Assembly (NCBI GenBank): GCA_964016885.1
Contig: OZ024743.1
Span: 181,970,001 to 182,034,000 of the forward strand
Direction of reading: 5' to 3'
Origin: Eledone cirrhosa
Lineage: Eukaryota
DNA length: 64,000 nt
Shown: positions 39,888 to 52,527 of the stretch, piece after piece
Numbering within the stretch: position 1 is the first letter of the stretch
Layout of the letters: each line of letters starts with the position of its first letter
The notes under the pieces: generated by a model
What the model saw: only the letters and a program-made list of their open reading frames with translations
Told to the model about the DNA's origin: nothing
The model's database searches: none
Position numbers and translations under genes: made by a program

Positions 39888-40363
39888 TATATATATATAT
39901 ATATGTGTGTTTGTGTGTGTCTAAAGTCTGTCTTAAGCCAGAACGTTGATTTATCCGGTGCTTATCCCGCTGGCCAGACAGGAGGCCAGTCAATCGCAGG
40001 GTTAAACCCCCAGCTATTGCTGGTATTCATTTTCAGCTGAGTATACTGCAGCAACGTGAAATGAAGTGTTTTTCTCAAGAACACAACACGCAACCCAGGA
40101 ATCGAACCCACGACGTTATGATCGTAAGTCCAACACCCTTACCACTAGGCCACGTGCCTCTACAGTGTATGTGTATGTATGTGTATATATATATATGTGT
40201 GTGTGTGTGTGAGTGTGTGTGTGTGCTATACACACACTCACACACACACATATATGGGTATGTATGTATATATATTTATATATATATAATGTATATTTAT
40301 ATATATATAATGTATATATATAATGTATGTATATATATCTATATATACATATATATATGTGTG

Positions 40364-40407
<44 letters not shown>

Positions 40408-40728
40408 GCACTGGGTGTGGAGAAGCAGTAGAGCGGATATGATTTTGTCTGCCCTGGAACAGACATCTGGAGGACATAAATATAAAGTTAAAAGTTACAT
40501 CTGGACAGCTGAAACATTCTCATGTCTTCACTGTTTTACTTCTTATTTCTCTTAACTTCATCTTTAAAACAACCAATATCTCTATCTCTCTCTCTTTCTC
40601 TCTTTCTCTCCCTCTCTCTCTTTCTCTTTCTCTCTCTCTCTATCTTTCCTTTTCTCTATCTCTCTCTCCTTCCTCTCTCTTTCTCCCTCTCTCACTCTCT
40701 CACTCTCTCTCTCTTTCTCCTTCTCTCA

Positions 40729-40768
<40 letters not shown>

Positions 40769-40907
40769 TTCTCTTTCTCTCCCACTCTCTCTCTCTCTAT
40801 TATATATATATATTTCTTTCTCTTTCTCTCTCTCTCTCTCACATTCTCTCTCTATCATTCTACCTCTCATTCTCTCTTTCTCGTTCTCCCTCTTTCTCTC
40901 TCTCTCT

Positions 40908-40955
<48 letters not shown>

Positions 40956-41313
40956 GTTTTTCTATTCTTTGTTTTTTATCATATTCTCCCCACGAAATGT
41001 TTCTTTAATTTGATATCTTAATGTTTATCTTTTTCTTTTATGTTTTTATTGTTTGTTTTGTTGTTTTTGTTGTTTTATTTGTTCTTCAGAGAAGGGAGTC
41101 GATGAAGTAAGTTTAGCTTTTAGGCAAAATAAAATACTTCTGTTGTCAAGTATTACAACTTAAGAGCGCTAGAGTAAGGTTCACTGATCCCCCCCTCTCT
41201 CCTTAGCTTTCATTCTTTCTGATTCTCTATGTTGTATTTACTGTGATGTCTCTCTATCTATCTATCTATCTCCCTCGCTTTCACGCTTTCTGTTTCTCTC
41301 TGTTGTATTTTCT

Positions 41314-41387
<74 letters not shown>

Positions 41388-41390
<3 letters not shown>

Positions 41391-41668
41391 CTGTATGGGA
41401 GCATCCCAAAAGTCAGCTCAAAAGTGACACAGAGGTGACTGTGGTTAGCTGGACATGCTCACCGACATCCAGAGTTGACATTGCACTCAGTGCTCCTGTG
41501 GGAGCCCCTACATGGACACACTAGAAGAGGAAGACCAAGGTTAACGTATGTTGATGCCCTAAGGACAGACAACTGGTCTATTGGAGACGCAGGATATGGC
41601 AGCGATAATGAGGGACAGAGACCGCTGGAGAGAACTCGTCCATGGATCTCGGGAATTTTACCCGCCTT

Positions 41669-41670
<2 letters not shown>
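41388..41670 (+). mobile_element. RTE LINE 3' fragment
   Basis: LWLAGHAHRHPELTLHSVLLWEPLHGHTRRGRPRLTYVDALR. Confidence 0.7.
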
Positions 41671-41712
<42 letters not shown>

Positions 41713-42668
41713 CGTTTCTGAATTTGTTTAGCAAGATTCTTTATCTGAAATCGTGTGTTGAAACTGATATTGTTATACTTTGGGAGGGTCATGTTGCCAA
41801 TAAGAAACACACGCACCAGTTGCTTTCACTTCAATTTATTATTATAATAAATTTATAATAAATTTATAAATTTATAAATTTCTGGTTGGTTGGTTCCACA
41901 ACCAGATAGTTGTTTATATATTGTCATAGTTCTTTCATCACACACTCTGTGACCTCTTCAGTGACTGGGGATTCCTTTCTTTGTTTCTGTGCCTCTCCTT
42001 TGTTCTGTCCTACGCCATTTTGTTTCTGTGTGTGTGTTGTGTGCTCAGTCTGCGCATGCGCCACATCCGGGTGTCTGTGTGTGTTTATGTTCATTTATTT
42101 ATTTGTGTATTTACATGTTACTGGTTGGTTGTTTGTTCTATGTGTGTGTGTGTTTTCATTTTGTCCTTAATTGTAAGTTGTGATGTTGCTGTTCCACTCA
42201 TATTTTCTATTTAATTTTGGTTGTAATTCTTTTATGTTTATTGCCTCTGTAATTTGTCTAAACATTGCGTCTTTTCTGTGTGTAGATTCTATTTTTATTT
42301 CTATGTTCTCTAATTTACCCTTGTGTTCTATTTTAGCATGTTGATAGAGTACAGATGATTCTTTACTATCTTGAAGGTCTCGCCAGTGTTCATTTATCCG
42401 TTCCCCTACACTACGAGCTGTCTCACCTATGTACACTATATTTTTGTCTCTCCATTGTCCTTCAGTACATCTTATGCTATACACTACGTTTCTAGTTTTA
42501 CAGTTAATATGGGGGCTTATTTTACAGGTTATACATTTCTTATCTATACATGAGGGTCTTTGAAAAGGGTATGTCTTGCTAATAAGTGTTTTTACGGAGG
42601 TACCTGGTCTTTCTACTATCTTAATATTGAGTTTATATTTATTTAGGGCCAAAATTGACGGTATAAAT

Positions 42669-45600
42669 ATGGCCGACACCTCATTAACAGATGAGTTCAA
42701 CAACAACAACAACAACACAAATATATACGGCAACACAATGATAGATAACGATGAATTATCTGCATTACAACTTCCACCTAAGTATGCGACATTCAAGAAG
42801 GTAAATATGATTAGTTGTCTGTCAGAAATAGAAAAATCATTTACAAAACTACGCTGGAGCCTCAAAAACAAAAACAAAAACAAAAGCAACAATATACGCA
42901 CACACATATACAACACACATCCCAACAACAACAGACACACAGCCACAAACAACAATAACAACAACACACACACCAACAACAACAACAATAATAACATACC
43001 CAGAAACAACAACAGACACGCAGACACAAACAACAATAACAACACACACAACAATAATAACACACACGGAGACAACAACAACAAACATCAACAACAGCAC
43101 ACATCAACAACAACAACACACACACATTCAATGCCTCTCACCACCACCACAATCTTAATAAACACACAGACACAGAGAACAAGTAATGACAGTAGCACAG
43201 AAATCACAGAAATAAGGGAAAGTAATAGGATTAAAAGGAGAAGGGAGACTAAGGACAAAGAAAATAACCAAGACGAACACACAGGCACACGAAATAGGGT
43301 AGATAACAACAATGAGCCAGTGGAAAGAGACAGGAGTAATTATGAGAGACATAGAAACAACCATGAAGCTGTTGGTGGAAATAGAAACAACACAACTAAC
43401 AATAACAATAGCACTAGTACACATAAAGCAGCAGCCTGGAACTCTAGTTTTTATAATCCCTCCGATAAATCGTTCGACCTGCGACGAGTCCACGCCACGA
43501 CTTTACCATTTAACAAACGCACGCAATTGCCGTCGCAGGTCGATGAACAAACTGAAGCACAATTTAGTATAGCTAGATCCGAACTTAGAAATATTATAGA
43601 ACAGTATAGCAAGAAGCATAATAGAATGGAGGCCCAGCAACTGGGAGAAAAATCTGCAAATGGCTTGCGTAAGCTCATGCAGCGCTCGCGTAATGGAGAG
43701 ATAGCATGCTTTCCAACAGACAAGTCTGGCAGAATGTCGGTTGACAGCCTGCCAAACTACATCCAGGCAATGCAACCCCACATCACTAACACAAGAGAGG
43801 TAACACCACAGGAGCATGAGGATAGAGAAAAAGCCCTCAATGCCCATATGGTGATGTGGACGAATATAATGCAGCCCAACAAAAGGACTGTCAACAACTT
43901 CCAGACCTGGAACAATGACGTGCCGGCGTTGTATGGGCTTCGAAAAGACCATAAAACGGGCTGTGACACTGTCGCGGGACCACCAACACGGCCAGTCTGT
44001 GGAGCTAACATTGCTAGTAACTACAGACTGTCCTACTTCCTCTCCCTGATCATACGCCCCATCATCGAAATGTCCCCAGATGTATGTGACAGCACAGAGG
44101 ACCTCCTCAGCAGAATCGGCGTGAGTAACCGATCTAGGGACCTAACAAACTGCATAATAGGTAGTATGGATGTTGTGTCCCTGTATCCATCTATTGACGT
44201 GGATTTTGCTGTGGAGAAATGCGTAGAAATGATCAGTGAGAGCAATGTTGAGTTCCGTGGGATTGATACCAGTGAGCTGGGACTCCTACTTAAACTTACC
44301 TATAGTAATAATTACCTAGACACATATGACCTTAGCAACATGTGCCCTACAAGACCAGCAAGAGGCAGACCACCTACCATTACCTCAATGGCCAAGAAAA
44401 CCCACACAGATAGATGGAACGGGTGGACCAGAGCCATACGGACACCCGAAAACCACGATGAACTGAAGAAAATGATTGCACATGCGGTAGGGGCCAGCAT
44501 AAAACTAACCCTTAAGGAACATATGTTCAAATTTAATGGAAAAACATATGCCCAAGAGGAAGGAGCAGCCATTACTGTTAGCATTGCAGGCGACATAGCT
44601 AACTTATTCATGGTATGGTGGGACAGTAGACTTAAACTTAAGCTTAAAGAACAATTAGAAGACCCCTTAACCCTGATAATGTACTCCCGCTACGTTGATG
44701 ATATAAACATCGTAGTTAAGACACCCCCACTAGAGAACAGTCAGGAACTAGAGAAAAACACAGTGGAAAGCATCCAGCAAATAGCTAACTCCATCCACCA
44801 GAGCATTAGAGTTACTATAGACTACCCAAGTAAACACCCCAACCATCGATTACCTGTACTAGACACAGAGCTCTGGTTAGATACCATTAATAACAAAAAA
44901 CAAATCCTCCATTCCCATTATGCCAAACCCATGACTTCCAAACATCTGATCCACCGAAACTCGGCCGTTTCGGACCATACCAAAATCAACATACTGATTG
45001 CGGATTTGGTACGGGTGATAAGAAACGTGTCCCACATGTGCAACCCCGAAGAACTAGAGAGACACATACAACACTTCATCCACCGTATGCAGTTCTCTGG
45101 CTACAATCAGAGAGATAAAATCAGAGTGTATAGAGGAGCCAGAACCAAATGGGAAAAAATGGTAAATAATAACATAAATGGGACCTGCCCCTTGTATAGG
45201 AGCAAATTTTGGAATAGAATAGAAAGAACTAGGAACAAGGCTAATAGAATAAACTCATGGTATGATAGCAATAAATACCAGAGTGTAATGTTCATCGATA
45301 CAACCCCTAGAGGTGAATTAGCTTACAAATTTAGAAGGGCCCTAAATAAACATAAACTCAATATTAAGATAGTAGAAAGACCAGGTACCTCCGTAAAAAC
45401 ACTTATTAGCAAGACATACCCTTTTCAAAGACCCTCATGTATAGATAAGAAATGTATAACCTGTAAAATAAGCCCCCATATTAACTGTAAAACTAGAAAC
45501 GTAGTGTATAGCATAAGATGTACTGAAGGACAATGGAGAGACAAAAATATAGTGTACATAGGTGAGACAGCTCGTATTGTAGGGGAACGGATAAATGAAC

Positions 45601-45821
45601 ACTGGCGAGACCTTCAAGATAGTAAAGAATCATCTGTACTCTACCAACATGCTAAAATAGAACACAAGGGTAAATTAGAGAACATAGAAATAAAAATAGA
45701 ATCTACACACAGAAAAGACGCAATGTTTAGACAAATTACAGAGGCAATAAACATAAAAGAATTACAACCAAAATTAAATAGAAAATATGAGTGGAACAGC
45801 AACATCACAACTTACAATTAA
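42669..45821 (+). CDS. PLE polyprotein: reverse transcriptase + GIY-YIG endonuclease (1050 aa from the first ATG outside the inverted arm)
   Basis: LPPKYA..EIEK..KLRW, TDKSG, YGLRKDHK, TRPVCGA, SMDVVSLYPSID, RYVDD, VLDTELW, MQFSGY, C-x4-C-x2-C, VVYSIRC..IVYIGET..ER..EH..TEA..LN. The ORF-track start at 42576 lies inside the antisense arm. Confidence 0.92.
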   Translation: MADTSLTDEFNNNNNNTNIYGNTMIDNDELSALQLPPKYATFKKVNMISCLSEIEKSFTKLRWSLKNKNKNKSNNIRTHIYNTHPNNNRHTATNNNNNNTHTNNNNNNNIPRNNNRHADTNNNNNTHNNNNTHGDNNNKHQQQHTSTTTTHTHSMPLTTTTILINTQTQRTSNDSSTEITEIRESNRIKRRRETKDKENNQDEHTGTRNRVDNNNEPVERDRSNYERHRNNHEAVGGNRNNTTNNNNSTSTHKAAAWNSSFYNPSDKSFDLRRVHATTLPFNKRTQLPSQVDEQTEAQFSIARSELRNIIEQYSKKHNRMEAQQLGEKSANGLRKLMQRSRNGEIACFPTDKSGRMSVDSLPNYIQAMQPHITNTREVTPQEHEDREKALNAHMVMWTNIMQPNKRTVNNFQTWNNDVPALYGLRKDHKTGCDTVAGPPTRPVCGANIASNYRLSYFLSLIIRPIIEMSPDVCDSTEDLLSRIGVSNRSRDLTNCIIGSMDVVSLYPSIDVDFAVEKCVEMISESNVEFRGIDTSELGLLLKLTYSNNYLDTYDLSNMCPTRPARGRPPTITSMAKKTHTDRWNGWTRAIRTPENHDELKKMIAHAVGASIKLTLKEHMFKFNGKTYAQEEGAAITVSIAGDIANLFMVWWDSRLKLKLKEQLEDPLTLIMYSRYVDDINIVVKTPPLENSQELEKNTVESIQQIANSIHQSIRVTIDYPSKHPNHRLPVLDTELWLDTINNKKQILHSHYAKPMTSKHLIHRNSAVSDHTKINILIADLVRVIRNVSHMCNPEELERHIQHFIHRMQFSGYNQRDKIRVYRGARTKWEKMVNNNINGTCPLYRSKFWNRIERTRNKANRINSWYDSNKYQSVMFIDTTPRGELAYKFRRALNKHKLNIKIVERPGTSVKTLISKTYPFQRPSCIDKKCITCKISPHINCKTRNVVYSIRCTEGQWRDKNIVYIGETARIVGERINEHWRDLQDSKESSVLYQHAKIEHKGKLENIEIKIESTHRKDAMFRQITEAINIKELQPKLNRKYEWNSNITTYN

Positions 45822-46022
45822 GGACAAAATGAAAACACACACACACATAGAACAAACAACCAACCAGTAACATGTAAATACACAAATAAATAAATGAACA
45901 TAAACACACACAGACACCCGGATGTGGCGCATGCGCAGACTGAGCACACAACACACACACAGAAACAAAATGGCGTAGGACAGAACAAAGGAGAGGCACA
46001 GAAACAAAGAAAGGAATCCCCA

Positions 46023-46065
46023 GTCACTGAAGAGGTCACAGAGTGTGTGACGAAAGAACTATGAC
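46023..46065 (+). ncRNA. Minimal type-I HHR in pLTR (mirror copy at 41923-41965, -)
   Basis: gtca-CTGAAGA-g-gtcac agagtgt gtgac-GAAA-g aa c-TA-tgac. Confidence 0.85.
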
Positions 46066-46202
46066 AATACATAAACAACTATCTGGTTGTGGAACCAACC
46101 AACCAGAAATTTATAAATTTATAAATTTATTATAATAATAAATTGAAGTGAAAGCAACTGGTGCGTGTGTTTCTTATTGGCAACATGACCCTCCCAAAGT
46201 AT

Positions 46203-46261
<59 letters not shown>

Positions 46262-46262
<1 letters not shown>

Positions 46263-46975
46263 GAGGTGTGTCAGAAAAGTTCCAGGACTGATGTCACAAA
46301 AGATTTATTTCAAACCCAAACTTCACACTAAGAATTTTCTCCTTCAAAGTAATCCCCCTGGAGTCTAATGCACTTTTCCATCCTTTTCTGCCACGCTTGC
46401 ATGCACTCCTGGAAGGATTCTTCCTCGATCCTCCGCAGTTCCGTCGTCACGGCCCTTTTGATGTCGTCCACGTCTTCAAAACGGGTCCCCTCCGGGTCGC
46501 ACTCGAAGATCCATGACTCATCACCGGTGATGACTGTCCCTAGCAAGTCTGGTTCGGTTTCAAGACGCTCGAGGATGTCCTGGCACACTTGCATGCGTCG
46601 ACCCTTCTGGTCATCGTTCAGCAGTTTTGGCACCATCTTCGCGCAAACTTTCCGCATGTCCAAATCTTCAGTGAGAATCTTCCAGACGCTGTCCCGATTC
46701 ATGCCCAGCTCATTTGCCATCAGTTGAACAGTCAGCCGACGATCGCTACGCACCATCTGCCTGACGCGCTCAACGTTGACCTCAGTCCTGGTTGTTGAGG
46801 GCCTTCCGCTCCTGGGGTCATCTTCCACGTCCTCGCGTCCTTCTTTAAACCTCTTGCACCACTCAAAAATACGTGAGCGTGACATCGTCTCATCTCCATA
46901 CACTTGCTGCAGCGGAGTTTTCTCCAACCGTACCAGAAACAAGTTTGTTTGTTGCTCTGTGCTCCTTGCTTGACG
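46262..46975 (-). mobile_element. Mariner transposon remnant, internally deleted, one TIR
   Basis: HTH region, DDPRSGRP, MVPKLL, ITGDESW, then a direct jump to GTRFEDVDDIK...WQKRMEKCI..GDYFE; TIR CGAGGTGTGTCAGAAAAGTTCC next to TA. Confidence 0.92.
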
Positions 46976-47124
46976 ACTTGAAACAGAGGAAATGTATATA
47001 AAATTATGAAGAAAAAAGTTTGATCGCTACAGAGAGCTAAGATTACAGTTACATACTCCAGGGGGGATTACAATTGCTTAAAGGCGGTTACAATTTGCAG
47101 GACATTGCTGTAGAAAGTAAGCTG

Positions 47125-47565
47125 GAAGTTATACACAAGTTACTATTGTGGGAACTAATTCACGGGAGACGCAGTAGAGGAAGTTATACACAAGTTACTA
47201 TTGTGGGAACTAACACACAGGAGACGCAGTAGAGGAAGTTATACACAAGTTACTATTGTGGGAACTAACTCACGGGATACACAGTAGAGGAAGTTATACA
47301 CAAGTTAGTATTGTGGGAACCAACTCATGGGAGACAGTAGAGGAAGTTATACACAAGTTACTATTGTGGGAACCAGTTCATGGGAGACAGTAGAGGAAGT
47401 TATACACAAGCTACTATTGTGGGAACCAGTTCATGGGAGACACAATAGAGGACGTTATACTCAAGTTACTATTGTGAGAACCAATTCACGGGAGACGCAG
47501 TAGAGGAAGTTATACACAAGCTACTATTGTGGGAACCAATTCATGGGAGATGCTGTAGAGGAAGA
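47125..47565. repeat. Minisatellite, 8 units of 53-55 bp
   Basis: GAAGTTATACACAAGTTACTATTGTGGGAAC... starts at 47125, 47180, 47235, 47290, 47343, 47396, 47451, 47506. Confidence 0.95.
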
Positions 47566-48784
47566 CCTGCTTGAACCTTCATCAATCAATTCTCAGAGGA
47601 TACAAACTTCAGTGGGGAACAGTTGCCAGGAGCAATGGAAAATCAGGAATTGGGGAGAGACTTTGTCAGGAATGTTCGACTGCAGTCACAATGATGATGA
47701 TGATTAAAGCTTTAAATAATATTTAGCTCTCCGGTGACAAGAAAAGTCAAATGTGGCTACTTTTAAACGATTGAACTGAATGACCTCAAATGTTTCTTTT
47801 TTATATAGTCTTTTTTTTTCTTTCTATTATTAAGGTGGGTGATATTGGCTTTGTTTCTCTGCTTTGTGTTACAGCCTGAGCCAACTTGTAAGTCAACAAA
47901 AAAATTCCTATTAAAATTAGTTTTAAGAACAGAACAATAAGAATTTATTACGAAGACGACAATAATGTAAGATAAACAGGCTTGTGTGTTGATGTGTGCT
48001 TCTATATTACATCTCTGACTGTTGGAGTCGGTGTTTTATCAGGTGGTGAAGTAACTATGTAGGTATTTCGGCACATTCCACTTCTACACCAGAGCTAATC
48101 AAGGCCACTGACCAATGTCAGTGAGGAAACTCCTGTACCACAACTCAAAGTTAGACGTGTCCGATGTTGTTCGGACCAGACATCTTTGTCCACTACATTC
48201 GCACCTTAGATGTAATGACTTTCTCACCAGTCTCTTATAATATCCTCCAAATGTGTTTCCTTTCTGTTACAGCTACTCCAATTCTTAGGAGCAGTGGGGT
48301 TGAGGGTGATAGATTCTTACGAAAGGCATCGGATCCGTCTTCATCGCATTTTTCGGGATTGTTTTTTTTTTTTTGTGACACCCCTGGTTCAGACAAATCA
48401 CCTGACAGTTATTTCAATAAGGGAGCATTAAGAACAGGATGAGGAATAGAAAGATGAATAAGAAGATGTTGGATGGGAGGTGTAGTGGTTATTACAGATG
48501 AAGGAATTGGTGTTGGGTTGGGAAATGAAGCTGGGAATAAAAACGTAGTTTTTAATAACGAAACAAACTGTTAAAGCCTCATATAAACGATATTAGACAT
48601 TTAAAGTAGCAATTTGCATACATACATGTTTTGCATTCGTATGTATATATTATATTATATTTATTTGTATGTAAAAATGACATTCAGGTTTATGTCTTTT
48701 GCTTCGACTTTTGTTATCGTTTTTTGTGTTTTTCATCTTGGATTCATTTCGCTTATTTCTTTAATGGGTTGGGTATTTTCTTCA

Positions 48785-48844
<60 letters not shown>

Positions 48845-48850
<6 letters not shown>

Positions 48851-49490
48851 GGAAAACGAAGAATCAGTGATGCATCAGAACACAATTTATTACGTATTAC
48901 AATTGTTTCTCCGGCGAACAGCTCGAGGTGCGATCTGTTTGTGGATCGAACCTGACTCTCGATTCGCAAGTTCCTCAGATACGTCTAGTGATTTCGAAGC
49001 AAATTTTCTTTCTGCTGGACTCTGACCCTTCGAATTTTTATCACCTGCCATCATCCTGTTTGCGTGGCACTTAGATTGGTTGATAGTTCGCGACGTCATC
49101 ATAGTGCTTGACCATTGAAATCTGCCCACTGGCAGTAATTTATCGCGACGGGATTGGAGTGAGTGACAGCTCACGCCTGAATGGAGATAGCCAATGGGCA
49201 GATTTCAATGGTCAAGCTAAAAATTCGAAGGGTCGGAGTCCAGCAGAAAGAGAATTTGCTTCGAAATCACTAGACGTATCTGAGGGACTTGCGAATCCAG
49301 ATTCAGGTTCAATCCACAAACAGATCGCACCTCGAGCTGTTCGCTGGAGAAACAATTGTAATACGTAATAAATTGTGTTATGATGCATCACTGATTCTTC
49401 GTTTTCCATATTATCATACTCTGCTCCGAAGGAGCATAGAGTGCTCAACCGGCATACCGCCTATAGACGCATCCTAGCAACCTTACTATA
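48845..49490. mobile_element. Fold-back pLTR element (arms 48845-49035 / 49220-49413) with extended-stem-II HHRs (48892-48984 -, 49274-49366 +)
   Basis: acgtat-CTGAGGA-(~70-nt hairpin)-GAAA-CAATTG-TA-atacgt; nested inner inverted repeat at 49110-49213. Confidence 0.8.
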
Positions 49491-49773
49491 TATATATATA
49501 TATATCATAAAACATGTCTATAGAATCACAAGATAAAATATATACTATTTCCTCTCCCAATTACATAATTAACTATATAAAAAATCGAATAGACCAGGCT
49601 ATAAGAATGAGGCTTCTATGAAGGAATCTCCGACAAATAACCGAAACTAGCGCTTCGCGTCGGCCGTAGCGGAATATTTATCGAATATTTCGACAGCGTA
49701 ATCGCCTAGATATAGTCAATTAAAGAGAATTAGGTGTAAAATAAACTAGGAGAAAATAGAATACATTTAAATA

Positions 49774-49858
49774 CCTCTACCATGGTTTCGTCCGTGTTTT
49801 GAGTTTTCCAATAATTATGTAATAATTATGTAAACTCGAGCGCCGGATTCTTCAGAAA
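49774..49858 (-). ncRNA. HHR-like motif with extended stem II
   Basis: CTGAAGA-a-tccg..gagttt...aaactc..cgga-c-GAAA-CCATGG-TA; weak stem I. Confidence 0.55.
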
Positions 49859-49873
49859 CCTCGCTCATATCTA

Positions 49874-49942
<69 letters not shown>

Positions 49943-50606
49943 GAGAGGTATAGAGATTGTTTTAGCAAGAAGCTAACGGCATTCTATAACATATATGCGA
50001 CTATAACGTCAAGATGGGAAAAGTAGTTAACGAAAGATTTAGGAAAAATAACTCAAACTCATCTCAAAAGAGAATCAGGATATAAATTCATCCACAGAAT
50101 TTAGTAAAATCCAGGGAAAAATCTATAGACCTTTAACTCATGATAAAATAAAGTTTGAAACACTTATCCTTCAATTTGGAATAACATCAAATGCTCTGTA
50201 TAGTCTTAAAAGACTATATATATATATATAATATGTATATATGTTTCGCAAGGTTTTTGATATGAAATCGTGTGTCGAAACAAATATTGTTATACTTTGG
50301 GAGGGTCATATTGCCAGAAATAATAACAGAACACACTCACTGTTTGGTTGGTTTTCGTTTCTGTACGGTTTGTTTGGTAGGAGTCATGGGTACAGTATGG
50401 CGTTCGGATTAGGGTATTTGCTGAGTGTTTATGGACAGATTGGTGCAATGATAGTCTTATTTACGTATACATATATACTTACATGCATACATATATACGT
50501 ATACATATATACTTACATGCATAAATACATACATACGTACATACATACGTACATACATACATACATTCATAAATACATACGTATATACATGCATACACAA
50601 ATACGT

Positions 50607-50660
<54 letters not shown>

Positions 50661-50746
50661 ATAAATTAACGGAACCGTAGACTCTCACCATTCCCTGTAA
50701 ATAATGTGCTCAAAGGAGAAGAAATCCTGAGCTCTTTAAAATACAA

Positions 50747-50987
50747 TATGTTGAAAAGGTAACACAATAGAGAGAGATATACAGTGCTCTATCAATAAAA
50801 CAGGGAAAAACCACCAGTGTATGGAATCTATAACCTATGAAAGGCAGGCGAAAGACACGATAATTAAATTTAATTATCGTGTCTATAGCCTGCCTTTCAT
50901 AGGTTATAGATTCCATACACTGGTGGTTTTTCCCTGTTTTATTGATAGCGCACTGTATATCTCTCTCTATTGTGTTACCTTTTCAAC

Positions 50988-50990
<3 letters not shown>
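50747..50990. repeat. Near-perfect 244-bp palindrome with left extension (50655-50746), in (TA)n
   Basis: Arms match except for a few positions; centre GACACGATAATTAAATTTAATTATCGTGTC. Confidence 0.9.
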
Positions 50991-51019
<29 letters not shown>

Positions 51020-51023
<4 letters not shown>

Positions 51024-52487
51024 CAATGTTCAAGCATTTTTATATTTCGCTGGTATGTGGCCCAAGTTTCACATGCTTAAAACAATGAAGACAATACACG
51101 TTAAACTTTGTATCAATGGAAATCTCACGTCGATACCTGAGACGCCCATCTAATTTACTAAAACAATCTCTTGCCTTTTTCATTCATAAATATATTTCAT
51201 CATCAAGGGTGTTTCTCATGTTAACTGTGGTGCCTAAATACACAAATTTATCCACAACCTTAAATGCTTTGCCATAAACATAAATGCTAGGTTCAGCGAA
51301 ATATTTGCCCGGAGCAGGTGGATACATGACAGCTGTCTTGGCTAGACTGTCAGATCCAATGCACTGCATCCTTCTAAAGCAGAATCCATCAGGTGATGCA
51401 TGACACAGAGTGAGCAACAAGATCACAATAATCTGTATACACAAATTCACGTATTAATGAAGTGAACACCTTTGTTTTGGCAGCAAACTGTTTGATGGTA
51501 AACAACTTACCTGTCGAACGATACTTAATATAAATTCCATGTGTCAAGTCTTCAAATGCCACAAGGAAAACCATAGAGAAATATAATGCAAACAGTGTAG
51601 GTGCTGGTATAACCCCTTGTTTTACCTCATGTTCAACAAAAATGGTTTCTGGTACCTGTTCACTTATATTGACACATGCTGGCATACCATTATGAAAACC
51701 TCTCAGAACTAATACGAACTTCTTGGAATAACTGATCTTAAGAATCTACCATAAGTCAGTCCTATCCACAGTATCAAAAGCCTTTGTAAAGTCAATAAAT
51801 ATGTGATACAAATCCATTCCATGTTCAATATACTTCTCCTGTAGTTGCCTCTCAGAGAAGATCATGAATGTTGTCTCTCTGCCACATCTAAAGCCACACT
51901 GTGCTTCAAAAGGAACATTGCCAGCGATGTTATCAAGTAATCTGTCCAGCATGATCTTACACAACACTTTTCCCACAACTGACATAAGGGCTCTCCCACA
52001 ATAATTGCTACAATCATCCTTTGCACCATTTTCTTTATAAAGCACCACCATCAATGCATCTTTCCAGTCTTAGGGAACTCTTCCTCCCTCCCAAACCTTA
52101 CATATGAGATTTGTAAGAAATTGAAGAATGTTTCGACTTCCACATTTCATTAACTCAGCACAATTACCATCCCTGGGGATTTTCCATTATTCAGTTGTTT
52201 TACAGCCACTTCCACTCCTTCCAAGGTAGGGCTTTCTGTTATTACATCATTTGAAGGCCAACTAGGATTTAAGTCAATAAACTCCCCATTGTCATAAGAT
52301 GGCCTATTCAAAAGTTCGTTGAACTATTCCCTCCATCGTAAAAGGATGTCCTTTGGGTCTCTAAACAATCTGTTACCATTTTGAGATTTCAGAGGTGCAA
52401 CTGGGAGTAATGACCTGGCTTCTCGTAATAAGCTGTAAAGTAACTTTGTATTGTTGGTATCAGATGTAGCCTGAATAATTCCCCACC
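51020..52487 (-). mobile_element. Old degenerate RTE LINE fragment (RT region), related to 1-3400
   Basis: TKLLYSLLRE, VVLYKENG..NYCG, FIDFTKAFDTV, VKQG, FVYTDYCDL, KFVYLG; many stops. Confidence 0.9.
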
Positions 52488-52527
52488 ATACATACATACA
52501 TACATACATACATACATACATACATAC

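Larger units (their letters stand above)
41710..46210 (+). mobile_element. Young PLE (Naiad-like), 5'-truncated, inverted pLTR arms 41768-42650 / 45338-46210, inserted in (TA)n
   Basis: ~880-bp arms with only a few mismatches; uninterrupted RT-EN ORF; HHR in each arm. Confidence 0.95.

Noticed and set aside
42167-43084. 305-aa - strand ORF with a GIY-YIG C-terminus
   Set aside because: It is a chimera of antisense low-complexity sequence and the inverted pLTR arm, not an independent gene.
45534-46000. Selenocysteine/SECIS, as reported for some Naiad PLEs
   Set aside because: No in-frame TGA in the ORF and no SECIS fold recognisable in the pLTR; the Cys-to-Trp codon alone is insufficient.
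47125-47565. CRISPR-like appearance of this array and those at 25020-25565 and 54620-56095
   Set aside because: No unique spacers, no cas genes, eukaryotic context.
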